Notes: a model not told the origin generated them from the sequence alone. A stretch of DNA of 64,000 bases from an uncultured virus (IMG/VR IMGVR_UViG_3300029906_000007) (IMGVR_UViG_3300029906_000007); one strand, 5' to 3'; positions 43,601 to 50,693 are shown, numbered from the stretch's first letter. Program-made: numbers and translations.

Positions 43601-45229
43601 TATATGATGTTTAATATACTTGGTGGTGTAAGTAACGTATTGACTGGTTCTGCTGGTATTGCTGCTGAATATTTTGCTGCTGAATATTTTAATCATAAAG
43701 ATTGGGAAAGAGCTAAAGCTAAATATATACTTAATTCTCCTGCATTTCTTATGAATGCTTATAGTGATAAATCAAATAATCTAATTGATGCTATATTTAA
43801 ATTTATGAATATAATTGATTATGATAATATTCGTGAAACTAGTTATAATGGTAAAGCATTAAATCCAACAAAACTTATTAATGATCTTAAAAGTTTTGCT
43901 TATAGTCCACAAACTGCTGGTGAACATTATATGCAAAATACTGCTTTATTAGCTCTTATGTATTCTAATAAAATTATAAATGTTGGTGGTAAATATAAAA
44001 TTGTTGATTTTAATAGTTATAAATTATCTGCTGAACGTTCTGCTATTAGAGAGATAGTTAAAGATAATCCGGTTCTTAATACTTATTTTGAACGTATGCT
44101 TAGAAATATCAAAAATGATACTAAGTTAATGTTTGATTATCAAACTCGTAAAGTTGATATTGCTGAACAATTTATAGATTCTCTTGATCCTGAAAATAGA
44201 AAAATAATTGGAAAACGATATAAAGAAGTTAGAGATAAAAAGATTGCAGAATTTAAAAAATTATATGATGCTGCTCCTAATGTACTTGATCAATTTGAAA
44301 TTAAAGATGGATATGCTAAATTAAAAGATAATTCTGATATTACTTTAAAAGATATTGCTGAATTTGCTGAAAAAGCTAAACTTGTAAATACAAGAATACA
44401 TGGTGTATATAATAAATTAGGTGCTGCTACTATTGAATCTACTACATTCTTTGGAAGTCTTTTAATGCAGTTCCATAAACATATTTGGAATGGTATTCTA
44501 AAACATTTTAGAAATAGAACTTATTATAATGAAACTTTAGGTACTTATGGTCGAGGAATGTATGTTAGTTTTGCTCATTTAGCAAGTAAAGAATATAAAC
44601 GTAAATTTAATGAAATAGCTGAACGTAGAAATAACGGAGAACTTAATGGAACAGATGTTATTATAGCTTATGCTACTTCTATTATTACAGGTCTATTTAA
44701 TACAGCTATGAATTTAAAATTTAATTATGGTATTATGAATGAAACTGATAGAGCTAATGTTAGACGTGTAGCATCACAATTAATGATGACTGCTTATGCA
44801 TTTATTGGTTATATTATTGCAGGTGCTATACTTGAAGACGATGATGATAATTTATTAGCTAATTGGGGTCTTTATACATTTGACCGTTGGAGTTCTGAAA
44901 CTAATATGTATAATATTGGTCTATTTGGTGAAATTCGTAAATTTACTCGTAATCCTATGGCAGTTAATACTTCTATTAATGAAATGCTTGCTGCTGGAAA
45001 TTATATCCTTGATATGGTTACTTTAGGTAAAGATTTTGATCCTATTTATAAGAATGGTCCTTATGCTGGAGAAAATAAGATATGGAGATATATTGAACGT
45101 CAAGTTCCTATTTATCGTAGTATTGATAGATTTATGGGTCTTGATAAAAATAATCGTTATTATAAATTAGGTGAAAACTTTAATGGTCTTGTTAATGCTA
45201 AACCTATAATTGAATTTATTGCTGAATAA
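31616..45229 (+). CDS. Virion-packaged DNA-directed RNA polymerase (crAss-like)
   Basis: 4537 aa. Catalytic-type GSDFDVDS (DFDVD at 36719-36733), preceded by IGYRMPTEAKQS and TDDAQSYIT motifs characteristic of crAss-like polymerases. Confidence 0.9.
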   Translation: MADCGYKFINNDKINKVIVSMANNNISYGFSLATIYKSDNFRTYVSKDQVANKYKFEDIPTNTLKRLLKEYYNKHNLDPARMTTITNDRRIGGFKNTATYNAARNYFADIVNELNFTWQVNNDPRVNKPIELKKRFKGYVAQEIIKRFEPYADKLNEAQQEEYSRLLTEYKENPKNIVKLADFIAEYFTTEYDTQVNTTTDIDPNLEYNSNFADLYKASKTNEFYEFCKHHSKVSEIFKDKDEVAPEDMVDESELLSDDDISVGTSNDEIDTNAQWNWGDVIKSADDLVSNYIRQRFNSLVRLTAPDRLAVDKDNPLGVASRMSYQEVSTELFNIIANTDAKFSLDNFIKQVYNTANNKKQFSSFIILHDEMINNKDFARKLYTDFCKNIENYAELYIDAKGNMTFRQSNYNNNSIRKAFYDIIDNVKVSASTANIFNLDNDFAKLAVRIKGDKNTTGLSQLLISSDADIVNLFNNTLLSITSDLQELYKFYMPDFDNTSIKKYIDSKSSNRDKVNAINNLYSMIAELHKQAKVAYAKYMTQLEGNINAYKIYKEKLRNYFERLGNVPDNTPPVYEREEQEEYTMFNDMLRAVDNISQTLSKYANIPIELNTRSVDGKNVSAVTYNNYLYNTVNAINNPSTRLNYGKSKFRSDQYKFSNILVDHGFNRGLFKYNNGTITPTNIGDVISVFRMAGISNLSTGANAKYNTMSDTDFMYYGFYGFMHGIDNYRKYNEGSAINADIPTRPFLLPVPSDSPRMYMLDMPVYDAKSLYGVQEASMNNYVEGLLSQFTSYIDDSTYNALSSKLENISIAATRTTDAKQFAETVISLIKEGKINTKVKNAISTSTANRIAMKFVPANNGTKGSTIYIPIMCRDNASKPVYALLKGELTGRGPINDVNTEITVSNLEFAGLYTKGLETNYIVPDNIKAAFSSIASKSYINDRMNNAIVDRNSNIFKQLKNLIYGEIQVALKYRYGMFGHNSDKLLVDVNQLPLDMVLKKGEYIKDGKLIGNAFKFSKLFDILRNDGTIFSISDRLEAALKISSTGKLRDVPFSYTVDENNNITYKLTSEQESIIDECIENWIKEYDANCVSEFYDQISEVDNTINRSDVFNYYMNYFLFLNNCDDLFVGNSKFYKDTQTGTKRAKEYLAGGIRYSEGRFISNDETGNPYDANIADVEPIQYKGSDLQIQTSKGFKPLTVRSAFKAVTIHNIVRPIKNVKEIRDALYNSFKSKDDSDTETNAKAMQKANKLAKAFGYAEEGEKAETTKTDDAQSYITIYEAIRRIKQLGEYPKYEKLIHDLLDPTIPINAIDPKTLNSFMQVAKNFYYDMTYDTTFNIEQPRQIKNAEFIIIPKLVEGTQLAEVHQWMVDNNIDQLNTLETSKAANNNVITLWNNEGELRDLDDPKLAEELLVPGVVGNFNYANLYRQQEVPQHITDSKNKAGVQIMKKIIDNLQSHLATDKNNFIENFINNIREDFNNLCDDLNIVFDEDYNVKSKNGGEIDFAEFNRLALKEMQRLGLDGNIMDYFTAKVQNSADGIGSFDTIMPEIMNIVGNKIENIAQSVITNHITRQKLPGFHATQITHSGLRDGNKIKKSEILGINNTENMTEAQKIKFRQLVEGLRYHPNGEPIIEIMIPRWTAELYGITEDSIITSDFAEMIGYRMPTEAKQSIGVLRVVGILPEAYGSTIAVPDAWVTQTGSDFDVDSIYGITFHVYKDKYGNIHKVPYITGTDEDSTWQRYNRYVNQNINRLIRKANDTSLTSEEKEAIIAKIRAARSEETRKLYLVYKEMASDLFTKENELYNIIANGDNFAKYCGITDTNSPEYNKYVGISKLIKDTIYKYLSNKNVNYTDRLATLINYMKHIKGSPRAMQLFKEYADINNKIKDIFTELNTESAKIEIDGKSIFQMEGADKFKKAIRNRAKDAGLMTFEEFSKQTVSQQNTREARDNMILQSMINILKDPSNLEEQLLRSHFEDLSRAKEDIDELQGFTKVPRSPYNPLDQIFFRRNAMGGAVLKALSVNRDTGNSINNVSRTELDEPILIKYIDKSVNNKFGIDYSVLNKNYDVNEDGYVIHKGLGHSKNNRNIVDELITSYAAQTSTHSFDAVKEGAVFNENPYTFSAYRTLLDLGVDHHNAQLWLRQPAIVELTNAYFKTRSAINKLGHVNIINLAIRNIAKHITIDGKKLGNNFTEVNDYTPIDIIYNNIKKLTGFDFNIYENESVKLDMANVLDLYSHPVEDGTDNNILLEHIKQVIIFNKLNNLGKLIENHTKIFAADKYGAKDNMFNARKVFYDIYDLINNGKYNRLVAPVKNNKVPLVEAVYPGITNIAFTTEDDVQTTKSIDDIQNAIKDFLKYNREHESVYPILNAFFTYGTSSGYLITSQRFISESPEFIHAVKYLEGYLNAPLDEKTYNRFKKYFLNFLYFLSAPTLHKDVIVNKDGTISITENNDSKSRIYGYKYDDNVDFKYNNINDLTEEEYQVFHKLSPAQKIFIVKQHINSDKLNIFNYLKANLYHKGDVRKRGISGQYITFEDQNQNIDVIHELFEEAFNTNSRVLKDTMIDLIKYAFVVEGYNYGRNKVSKTIKNNALYESIANGGLNIIENIREGIRSMDYKFLEEFNIYEDFIRANSDIRQVLSHNIKYDSKKREIDYFDSETKLYYFNINDTNDRAKAKSIGVLRETKDNDILVSYINLTDKNKETILFKVVDYENSGNVFLFPLNPLDSNEYGVSTNLFNHKYIDNYSYLKLISKIVTNNYSINNEIKQEFKDELKDIRSNRSKEIKINKNVPKNDDFLENVAISNEPGSEGVRTFLRTLKNKFSNSSVNAINVWAINDILKNAFKDPYAVSEQVINLDDGNTVRLGIKRIQSNTNKFKKLYKDESVGDVAEKLKRNDITFSDDIYRVTRIKENDDNDVTLESSINFDVEIEEQTELGRINKAIYNDLLRRRNRLNDEDASRTIRAYGSLGLDFTNNNSIESNRNLIIKLNSKYYINKSEELLKKINEFSRDKDGVPIPINHIDVINEISKEDNEEYRQTFLSLILECLTFGDNFRELFNLSTDNLPSDVSKAIEDMISAITKIKNNSNIKDAVRGYYNNYISKFSNNPDIKDGFITLYDAIVTDETKMAYLFGDSMEINDAVTQVVLKMIHTNINYADKVGIEDARKFNSFIEEIEKKAAQAGKPVNWNNIVDKLAGVILSNYNESFNNDKSPIDTEYTDTKNAFGNYHPIHLKAKRNRDIWYAKNIEQEFVQSYYDERNNALNEIFSNDDNIKLYGDYLRLNDNIKQLVNIKDKSDEQYNELFALMNQRRTLLENEVLNKAIESLNNIQEKYFVRTAKEKFFETRDKMLKIIEDVTYPNGTDNEKIPLEERIKNEKYREAVEWLAENTIRRYDNEFYSKMADAFATLSNSDSVKKTAMKRIIDANPKINYRDAFGVIDGTKFTNKQVAEIKKEHESRFNKFSSEVRLIRNKPDNNEIYTEEFYKSMHVDAQNDPVINKLINDINNILIHALDNSGKVYLSRLNTDQLKELVSLYTSLYKQRRGKGKNMSPEAQAARDFINENVDYVYDDNAIERDRQLAKEAYDDPDNINADKEWYEAFNKLSNMHRVFNGISFAEDSKNDYIYSYAVPKNHVKDKFLDKDKMAAKVWINNNVKSSTTEYYDMAANKAKAEGRYDEWFEENHVYNPMSHKYEPIQIWTNIEATEDSDYKAEHKPNYLNAYTEPKPGTKNDKYKTYGANYNFETGDKKYFRKDDATEYEKEIRNYIIDKMKQFATNESGMSHVNKLLFPFRKKIENNPANFIKGVLNFVGATANLDNNRGISDDFSYVYGSDVRNLSMQDIYTSGLERLPEAPSRLVGETDEQYYDRIKEFRKASEEIIKRNNELIAKVRDDDYKGMFHDYIVNAHVTTAKNRMINDAYLLLEFYRQLKPAYQTTITGDLKVDRRLSTTNATQYKRERAVNTTKHLEVLFKRMFLHQYKPRTKFDTVINVMQNLTSAKYMMFNILGGVSNVLTGSAGIAAEYFAAEYFNHKDWERAKAKYILNSPAFLMNAYSDKSNNLIDAIFKFMNIIDYDNIRETSYNGKALNPTKLINDLKSFAYSPQTAGEHYMQNTALLALMYSNKIINVGGKYKIVDFNSYKLSAERSAIREIVKDNPVLNTYFERMLRNIKNDTKLMFDYQTRKVDIAEQFIDSLDPENRKIIGKRYKEVRDKKIAEFKKLYDAAPNVLDQFEIKDGYAKLKDNSDITLKDIAEFAEKAKLVNTRIHGVYNKLGAATIESTTFFGSLLMQFHKHIWNGILKHFRNRTYYNETLGTYGRGMYVSFAHLASKEYKRKFNEIAERRNNGELNGTDVIIAYATSIITGLFNTAMNLKFNYGIMNETDRANVRRVASQLMMTAYAFIGYIIAGAILEDDDDNLLANWGLYTFDRWSSETNMYNIGLFGEIRKFTRNPMAVNTSINEMLAAGNYILDMVTLGKDFDPIYKNGPYAGENKIWRYIERQVPIYRSIDRFMGLDKNNRYYKLGENFNGLVNAKPIIEFIAE

Positions 45230-45248
45230 TATTTTATTTATATACTAA

Positions 45249-45295
45249 AATAAAGCTGGGTTATACTATATAGTATAATTCAGCTTTATTTATAT
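45249..45295 (+). terminator. Terminator of the virion module (possibly bidirectional)
   Basis: 20-bp stem aataaagctgggttatacta / tagtataattcagctttatt right after the RNA polymerase stop. Confidence 0.7.
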
Positions 45296-45327
45296 TATTA
45301 AATCCGAATGTAACTCCCCGAACCAGT

Positions 45328-45370
45328 AAAAAAGGGCTAAAACCACAAGGTTTACTTGTAGCTTTAGCTC
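45328..45370 (-). terminator. Rho-independent terminator of the replication module
   Basis: Minus strand reads gagctaaagctacaag-taaac-cttgtggttttagccc followed by tttttt. Confidence 0.7.
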
Positions 45371-45427
45371 AATTATAAAAATCATGTAGATTAATGTACT
45401 TACCCCGTAAAGGAATGGATACGATAA

Positions 45428-45461
45428 AGCCTGACACTAACATGATTGTCAGCATCAGGCT
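45428..45461 (-). terminator. Stem-loop between two inverted motif copies
   Basis: Minus strand reads agcctgatgctgaca-atca-tgttagtgtcaggct, fully paired when G-U is allowed. Confidence 0.5.
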
Positions 45462-45513
45462 CAGCATACACATCCTTTACAGGGAAACAAGCACTATGTT
45501 CGTAATTGGGAAC

Positions 45514-46167
45514 TTAATATCCAGCTCTTTTAATACGACAAGCAAGATAATAACGATAATCATCCATACGTTTAGCTTGCATAATCATATCATCTTGTTC
45601 ATCTTTAGAAAGATTTTTAAAGATAGGATTATTATGAATAAACTTATTAAGTTTTTCAAGTTTAGCTTGAAGTTCATCACGTTCTTTAATCATACGAGAA
45701 ACATGAGGTGGAATAATTTTAGCTTTAAGACCATATTTAGCCCATTGAAGAACAAATCCAAGACATTCCCAAATCTTATCTTCAGCTCTAATTTTAGCAT
45801 AATTCGAACCAATATTCAAATCAAAATTTTCAGGCTTAACACAAGATGCTTGACCATGAACTTCAAATCCAGTAAGACAAGTAAGAGTAGTATTAGTTGT
45901 TTTAGATCCAACTTTAAAGTTTTCAATATTACCAATAAATCTCTCAATATCTTCTTCTTTAAGAGTATCACCAGTAGGATCTCCAAGTTTGTAATAAGAT
46001 TGTTCAAATACACTTGCTGGACTTCAAGATTTATATCCATCTGGATAAGTTACTTCATAACCATTTTCAGCATCTAAATAATTACCTGTTTTGTAACCTT
46101 TAGCTTTAGCATCTCCTGCAATCATAGGAGTTGCTTCAATCATTTTTACTCCAATAAATTTAGACAT
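45514..46167 (-). pseudogene. Gp49-family-like phage protein interrupted by one in-frame TGA
   Basis: Manual translation from ATG 46167: MSKFIGVKMIEATPM...YPDGYKS*SPASVFE...GFEVHGQASCVKPENFDLNIG...KIWECLGF. The TGA (46024-46026) is in frame with track ORF 45514..45819. Confidence 0.65.
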
Positions 46168-46182
46168 AACTTTAAATTTAAA

Positions 46183-46368
46183 TTAATAATTAGGTTTATA
46201 TTTACCAACAACTTTGAAAGTTCTATTACAAACAGAACAATCAATGTGAGTTTCTCCTTCAGTTTCGAGAGTTCCAAGAGAAGCATCTGTTAAAGGTTCA
46301 GCTTCTCCACAATGAGGACATATCGCATAATAACCATAATGGTCATGTATAAGTTTACTAGTTTTCAT
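46183..46368 (-). CDS. Small zinc-ribbon protein
   Basis: CPHC and CSVC pairs. Likely start MKTSK at 46368. Confidence 0.6.
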   Translation of the reverse strand: MKTSKLIHDHYGYYAICPHCGEAEPLTDASLGTLETEGETHIDCSVCNRTFKVVGKYKPNY

Positions 46369-46525
46369 GTTGTTTATATTTATCAACTTCTAAATAAACA
46401 GCTGCATTACCGTTCTCATCAGTATCTTCATAATTACCTATAATAATTTCTTCAGTTCCATCAAGACGAACAACAGCGTCACTATCGTAATAACTAAGTT
46501 CATTAATTAATTCTTTTACTGTCAT
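46358..46525 (-). CDS. Small hypothetical phage protein (MTVKELI-type), not in the ORF track
   Basis: Manual translation MTVKELINELSYYDSDAVVRLDG...KQHEN*, 55 aa. Fills the gap between its neighbours. Confidence 0.6.
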   Translation of the reverse strand: MTVKELINELSYYDSDAVVRLDGTEEIIIGNYEDTDENGNAAVYLEVDKYKQHEN

Positions 46526-46976
46526 AACAACCTTTATCTTTAAGTATTTGAATAGCTTGAGCTATAATATTCTTTTCGTCTTCATTAAATCCAGCTAAAG
46601 AAGCAGGATCATTATAGATAGAATCAACAAAATAACCGATAATAGGAACAGGTCCTCTATAAACATTTTCTACTTCAACATTATGAAATAGAAGAGTATA
46701 TATTATATCAGTCATATTTTCGTCAGGACATGAAAGAACTAAACAAGGATTTTGAAGACTTGAATAAACCATAGATTCTTTACCAAGATGTTCTTTTATA
46801 TATTCTCTTCTTTTTCTCATTTTAGCATAATCAATATCATCAAACTTAATATCCTTAATATACTGTTTAAGAACTTCAGTTTTTTCTTCATCTGTAAGAT
46901 TATGCCAACCTTCTTTACCAACGTTCATACTATATAATATAATTTGACTTAATTTCAGCCTGTCAGACGCATCCAA
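46503..46976 (-). CDS. Hypothetical protein
   Basis: 157-aa ORF in the operon. Start uncertain. Confidence 0.6.
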   Translation of the reverse strand: MDASDRLKLSQIILYSMNVGKEGWHNLTDEEKTEVLKQYIKDIKFDDIDYAKMRKRREYIKEHLGKESMVYSSLQNPCLVLSCPDENMTDIIYTLLFHNVEVENVYRGPVPIIGYFVDSIYNDPASLAGFNEDEKNIIAQAIQILKDKGCYDSKRIN

Positions 46977-46997
46977 CAGGCTGGGTAATACAATTAA

Positions 46998-48470
46998 TCA
47001 ATTCGCTTTCGAAAGTACCTCAGAAGTGATATTTGCCTTATCTATTTCATTCATATACAAATACCAATACCATAATGATAAGTCGAGCACTGGGCTTGTC
47101 AATTCGCCAGAGGTTGTAGGTTCAGGTACAGCATTAAGATAAGCACGAAGATTGTCAATATCAACAGAATCAACGTCAAGAACAAGCGGGGCAATATTTG
47201 CCTCAAAGAGTTCAGTTCCTTTAGCAATCGAATCCGTAAGACTTTCATTAAATCGTTTTGCAAATCTTTCTCTATAGTTAGCATTGTACCATATTCCTGA
47301 TGTAGCAGCGTAACAATAATAACTGTTATGCTTGAAATCATTACCAGTAATAATACGATAAATAGGTTCATATATTCTATCTAATGTAAATACAATACCT
47401 TTATAAATAAATTCTCTAAAAGATTTTCCTACTTTTTCAGGAGTACCATCAAATACTTTATAAGCAGCTTTAGTACCACCAGAATAATACCAATTATTAG
47501 CACCACGTTTAACCTTGATTTTAGGTTTATAATTTGCTTTTCTATCGGCTTGACGATCCCAAGGTTTTACTTTATCGGTATTAAAAGTAGGACAATATGT
47601 AAAGAAATGAACAGCTCTACTAAGATATGGATTATAAATTGTATAATTATAATGCATAATATATTCATTCATAAACCAACCAAAGAGATAAGCTCTAGTC
47701 CCGACATTATCAGATCCATTATCTTTTTTATAAAAAGCTTTGAAAAGTCGATAAAGTATAGGATTAAGATTCCAAACTTGATCTTGACTAACAAAAGAAC
47801 TATGACAAGGATCTTCATTCGCAGGAGTAGTTAGCATTGTATAATTAGAAACAATACGACTATCATCAATATCATCTCTTAAAAAGAATCCACTTACTTT
47901 TTCTCCAACTATTTCAGTATTATCTTTAAAAGCATTTGAAAAATAATAATAAGCATTATTAGTAAGTCGAAAAAGAGTACGAAGTGTAAATAACATTCCG
48001 TATTTAATATCAGTAGTATCTTTGCCTGTATAAGAATAATATTTATATTTATTATAAAGCATAGTAAGATAATAAGCTATATTAATAGTTCCATCTCCTA
48101 CATATACTTTACCATTAGCATCAATTTTTTCATAAGGAATATAAGTACCTTTTATATCACCATTACCGACACAACTAATAAACTTTGAAAAGAATAGCTG
48201 TTCTATCTTATTAAACTTTTCCTCCGTCGTCATCTTTATTATATTTTTAAGTATAGTTTCAAGATATTTCTTAGTACAAGTTCCTACTATTTTATTTTTA
48301 ATATCACCATTAATAATTATAGTTGGACATGGCATTGCATTTTGATCTTTAACTATAATAGTGTTAATCTTTAAAGGAATATCACCATTAACTATGATAT
48401 TAGTGATTGTATTATACATTATTTTACAACTAATACAACCATGCTTAGTATAAAAATCTAATTTAACCAT
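46998..48470 (-). CDS. Thioredoxin-like domain fused to a ~410-aa domain of unknown function
   Basis: MVKLDFYTKHGCISC...PCPTIII (CxxC plus cis-Pro motif) continues in frame into MTTEEKF... Confidence 0.6.
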   Translation of the reverse strand: MVKLDFYTKHGCISCKIMYNTITNIIVNGDIPLKINTIIVKDQNAMPCPTIIINGDIKNKIVGTCTKKYLETILKNIIKMTTEEKFNKIEQLFFSKFISCVGNGDIKGTYIPYEKIDANGKVYVGDGTINIAYYLTMLYNKYKYYSYTGKDTTDIKYGMLFTLRTLFRLTNNAYYYFSNAFKDNTEIVGEKVSGFFLRDDIDDSRIVSNYTMLTTPANEDPCHSSFVSQDQVWNLNPILYRLFKAFYKKDNGSDNVGTRAYLFGWFMNEYIMHYNYTIYNPYLSRAVHFFTYCPTFNTDKVKPWDRQADRKANYKPKIKVKRGANNWYYSGGTKAAYKVFDGTPEKVGKSFREFIYKGIVFTLDRIYEPIYRIITGNDFKHNSYYCYAATSGIWYNANYRERFAKRFNESLTDSIAKGTELFEANIAPLVLDVDSVDIDNLRAYLNAVPEPTTSGELTSPVLDLSLWYWYLYMNEIDKANITSEVLSKAN

Positions 48471-48801
48471 ATCTATGAGGAGTAGGATTAATATCACTAG
48501 AAGAAACAGGTCTTTCTTCTTTATTTATTTTACGTATATCAATAACTTCTTTAAGAAAATCACGTATCTTTTTAGGATTTGCAAGACCTTCAAGACGACA
48601 CATAGGATCATCAGAACAAACAATCGTAGGAACATCTTTAATTCTACAATCTTTTGCAAGATGAAGATTTAATTCAACAGCTTTTCCAAATACTTTAACT
48701 TCATCTTCAAGTTGAAGATCAGAAATAGCTTGTTCAAGACGTTCTACCATTATTTCAGAAGTCATACAACCACGAGTTGTAAATATATAAAGTTTAAGCA
48801 T
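48463..48801 (-). CDS. Thioredoxin/glutaredoxin-like protein (CxxS)
   Basis: MLKLYIFTTRGCMTS...IKDVPTIV. Likely start 48801. Confidence 0.65.
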   Translation of the reverse strand: MLKLYIFTTRGCMTSEIMVERLEQAISDLQLEDEVKVFGKAVELNLHLAKDCRIKDVPTIVCSDDPMCRLEGLANPKKIRDFLKEVIDIRKINKEERPVSSSDINPTPHRYG

Positions 48802-49021
48802 TTCTAAAACTAGATAAAAAATTAGACAAAGTTCTAACATAAGTAGGCATTTGACCATTACTATCAGCAAAAACTGGAGAATATTCAACTCCATCAACCC
48901 AAGTATCATCTTGTTTTACTTTAACAAACTTAGTAACAATATAAAGATTGTTAGTTTTATTATGATAATAATGACCAAATAATTGAAGATTTGTAATATT
49001 ACTAATCGCCTGAGCTTCCAT
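48794..49021 (-). CDS. DUF1653-like small protein
   Basis: GHYYHNKTNNLYIV...VEY...YVRTLSNF pattern. Start uncertain. Confidence 0.55.
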   Translation of the reverse strand: MEAQAISNITNLQLFGHYYHNKTNNLYIVTKFVKVKQDDTWVDGVEYSPVFADSNGQMPTYVRTLSNFLSSFRNA

Positions 49022-49604
49022 GACCACCTTCTCCTCTATCACTTTTTACAAATTCATAATCAGATTCTACCTCAACAAAATTAACTTTTGGATAAGGTAT
49101 AATAACAACTTGAGCAATACGTTCTCCTACATTATAAGGAGGATTAATTACTTCTTCAATTTTATCTTTAAGAGAATTAGTAGCAGTAATATTTGAACTA
49201 GCAATATTCTCTAAAGGGTAATTATCCAAATCAGAAGCAACAGACTCAACAAACTTACAAAGACTAAATATTTTAATCATAGTATTAGTACTATCAATAG
49301 TTTTAAAAGTACAATACAAATGACCTCTATAGCCAGAATCAATTATTCCAACAGCATTTGTTTGAAATCCATTTTTATTTCTTATAGAACTTCTAGGAAA
49401 TACAAGCATTGCATATCCAGCAGGAATTTCAACAACAAGACCAGTATCATAGATCCAACAATCATGTTCTCTATCATACTTCATATCTACAGCTGTAACA
49501 TCCATTCCCATATCACCTTCATGACTATAAGTAGGAATAACAGCATCAGGATGAACTCTTTTTATCTTAATAGTTATTTCAGATTGAACATTAATTTTTT
49601 CCAT
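49002..49604 (-). CDS. dut: dUTPase (trimeric type)
   Basis: Motifs GMDV, PRSS, GIIDSGYRG, ERIAQ and RGEGGHGSSG. Confidence 0.95.
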   Translation of the reverse strand: MEKINVQSEITIKIKRVHPDAVIPTYSHEGDMGMDVTAVDMKYDREHDCWIYDTGLVVEIPAGYAMLVFPRSSIRNKNGFQTNAVGIIDSGYRGHLYCTFKTIDSTNTMIKIFSLCKFVESVASDLDNYPLENIASSNITATNSLKDKIEEVINPPYNVGERIAQVVIIPYPKVNFVEVESDYEFVKSDRGEGGHGSSGD

Positions 49605-49619
49605 TTTGCCTTTAAAAGT

Positions 49620-50693
49620 TTATTGAAGTATTAAAGCAGCTTCAGAAGCAGCTTGAATTTTCTTCGCTTTATCTCCATATAATAAGGAATCAAGTCGTTT
49701 AATTCCTTCAACAGAAGTATCAACATTACTAAAGTAACCACTAACAGCATTCATTGCACCCCAAGCAGTACCTATAATTTCTTGTTGACCAGGACCTTCA
49801 TTATAATACTTCCAAGTATCACTAATCTGATTAGCTTTACGCATACTAAGATCGCTAGATTCAATAGCCATCCATTTTCTATTAACAATATCTTTAAATG
49901 TATAATTAGATTGAAGAAGTTTTGTCTTTTCTTCTTCACTCATAAATTGTTCACAAAGATACTGAATAACAGCATTATCATCCATCTTAATAGAAGCAAG
50001 ATGATTATAACATTCTTGAGTATGTTCAGCATATTGTTTACTTATACCAAGAATTTCTTGAGCAATAGCAATCTTATTATGAACTTGTTTAGTATGTTTA
50101 AATGTAACAAAATTTTGAGCAGTACAAATAGCTGCATTCAAAGTATTTTGACAAATAACACGAATAGGAGTAAATAAAATCTTAACTCCAGAACTTCCAT
50201 CATGACTATTTGTAAATACAAGATAAGTTTCAACAGGATCACCATGAACAAGAATATTGTTAGGTAATTTACAACTAACAAATATACGTTCACCATTACC
50301 CCATGCACCAGCTGTTTGCCAAATAGCTTTATCTTTTCCAATAGCATCATCAAAAAAGTTAAAAGCTACATTATTTTGAACAACAGTATATTTACTTTTT
50401 ACAGAACCAAGAGGAATATTATAATCAGTACGATATGTAGTGAAAGCATTGGGAGCGGTGCGATAAAGTTTGTTTCCCCGTAGGAAAGCATTACCTTCAG
50501 CTATATCCTCATTAATTCTATCAAGTTCTTTATCACTGAAATCTCTCATAGGCATTTCAGCAACCATATTAGTCTTTTCAACATGAAAATTAAGACCAGC
50601 TTTATTCATTACTTCTTCACTAGTCTTACAATCTTCAACATTGATAGCCCCAGCACATTGCCAGGGCATACCTATAACACCAAATTTAGCCAT
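49620..50693 (-). CDS. DUF932 family phage/plasmid protein
   Basis: AGLNF, YTVVQN..AF.FFD, TAGAWGNG, NSHDGS, TPIRVICQNTL and GTAWGAMNAV motifs. Confidence 0.85.
   Translation of the reverse strand: MAKFGVIGMPWQCAGAINVEDCKTSEEVMNKAGLNFHVEKTNMVAEMPMRDFSDKELDRINEDIAEGNAFLRGNKLYRTAPNAFTTYRTDYNIPLGSVKSKYTVVQNNVAFNFFDDAIGKDKAIWQTAGAWGNGERIFVSCKLPNNILVHGDPVETYLVFTNSHDGSSGVKILFTPIRVICQNTLNAAICTAQNFVTFKHTKQVHNKIAIAQEILGISKQYAEHTQECYNHLASIKMDDNAVIQYLCEQFMSEEEKTKLLQSNYTFKDIVNRKWMAIESSDLSMRKANQISDTWKYYNEGPGQQEIIGTAWGAMNAVSGYFSNVDTSVEGIKRLDSLLYGDKAKKIQAASEAALILQ

Noticed and set aside
45394..46077. 227-aa + strand ORF
   Set aside because: Antisense shadow of the Gp49-like gene. It has an Ile/Phe/Ser-biased composition and crosses a hairpin.
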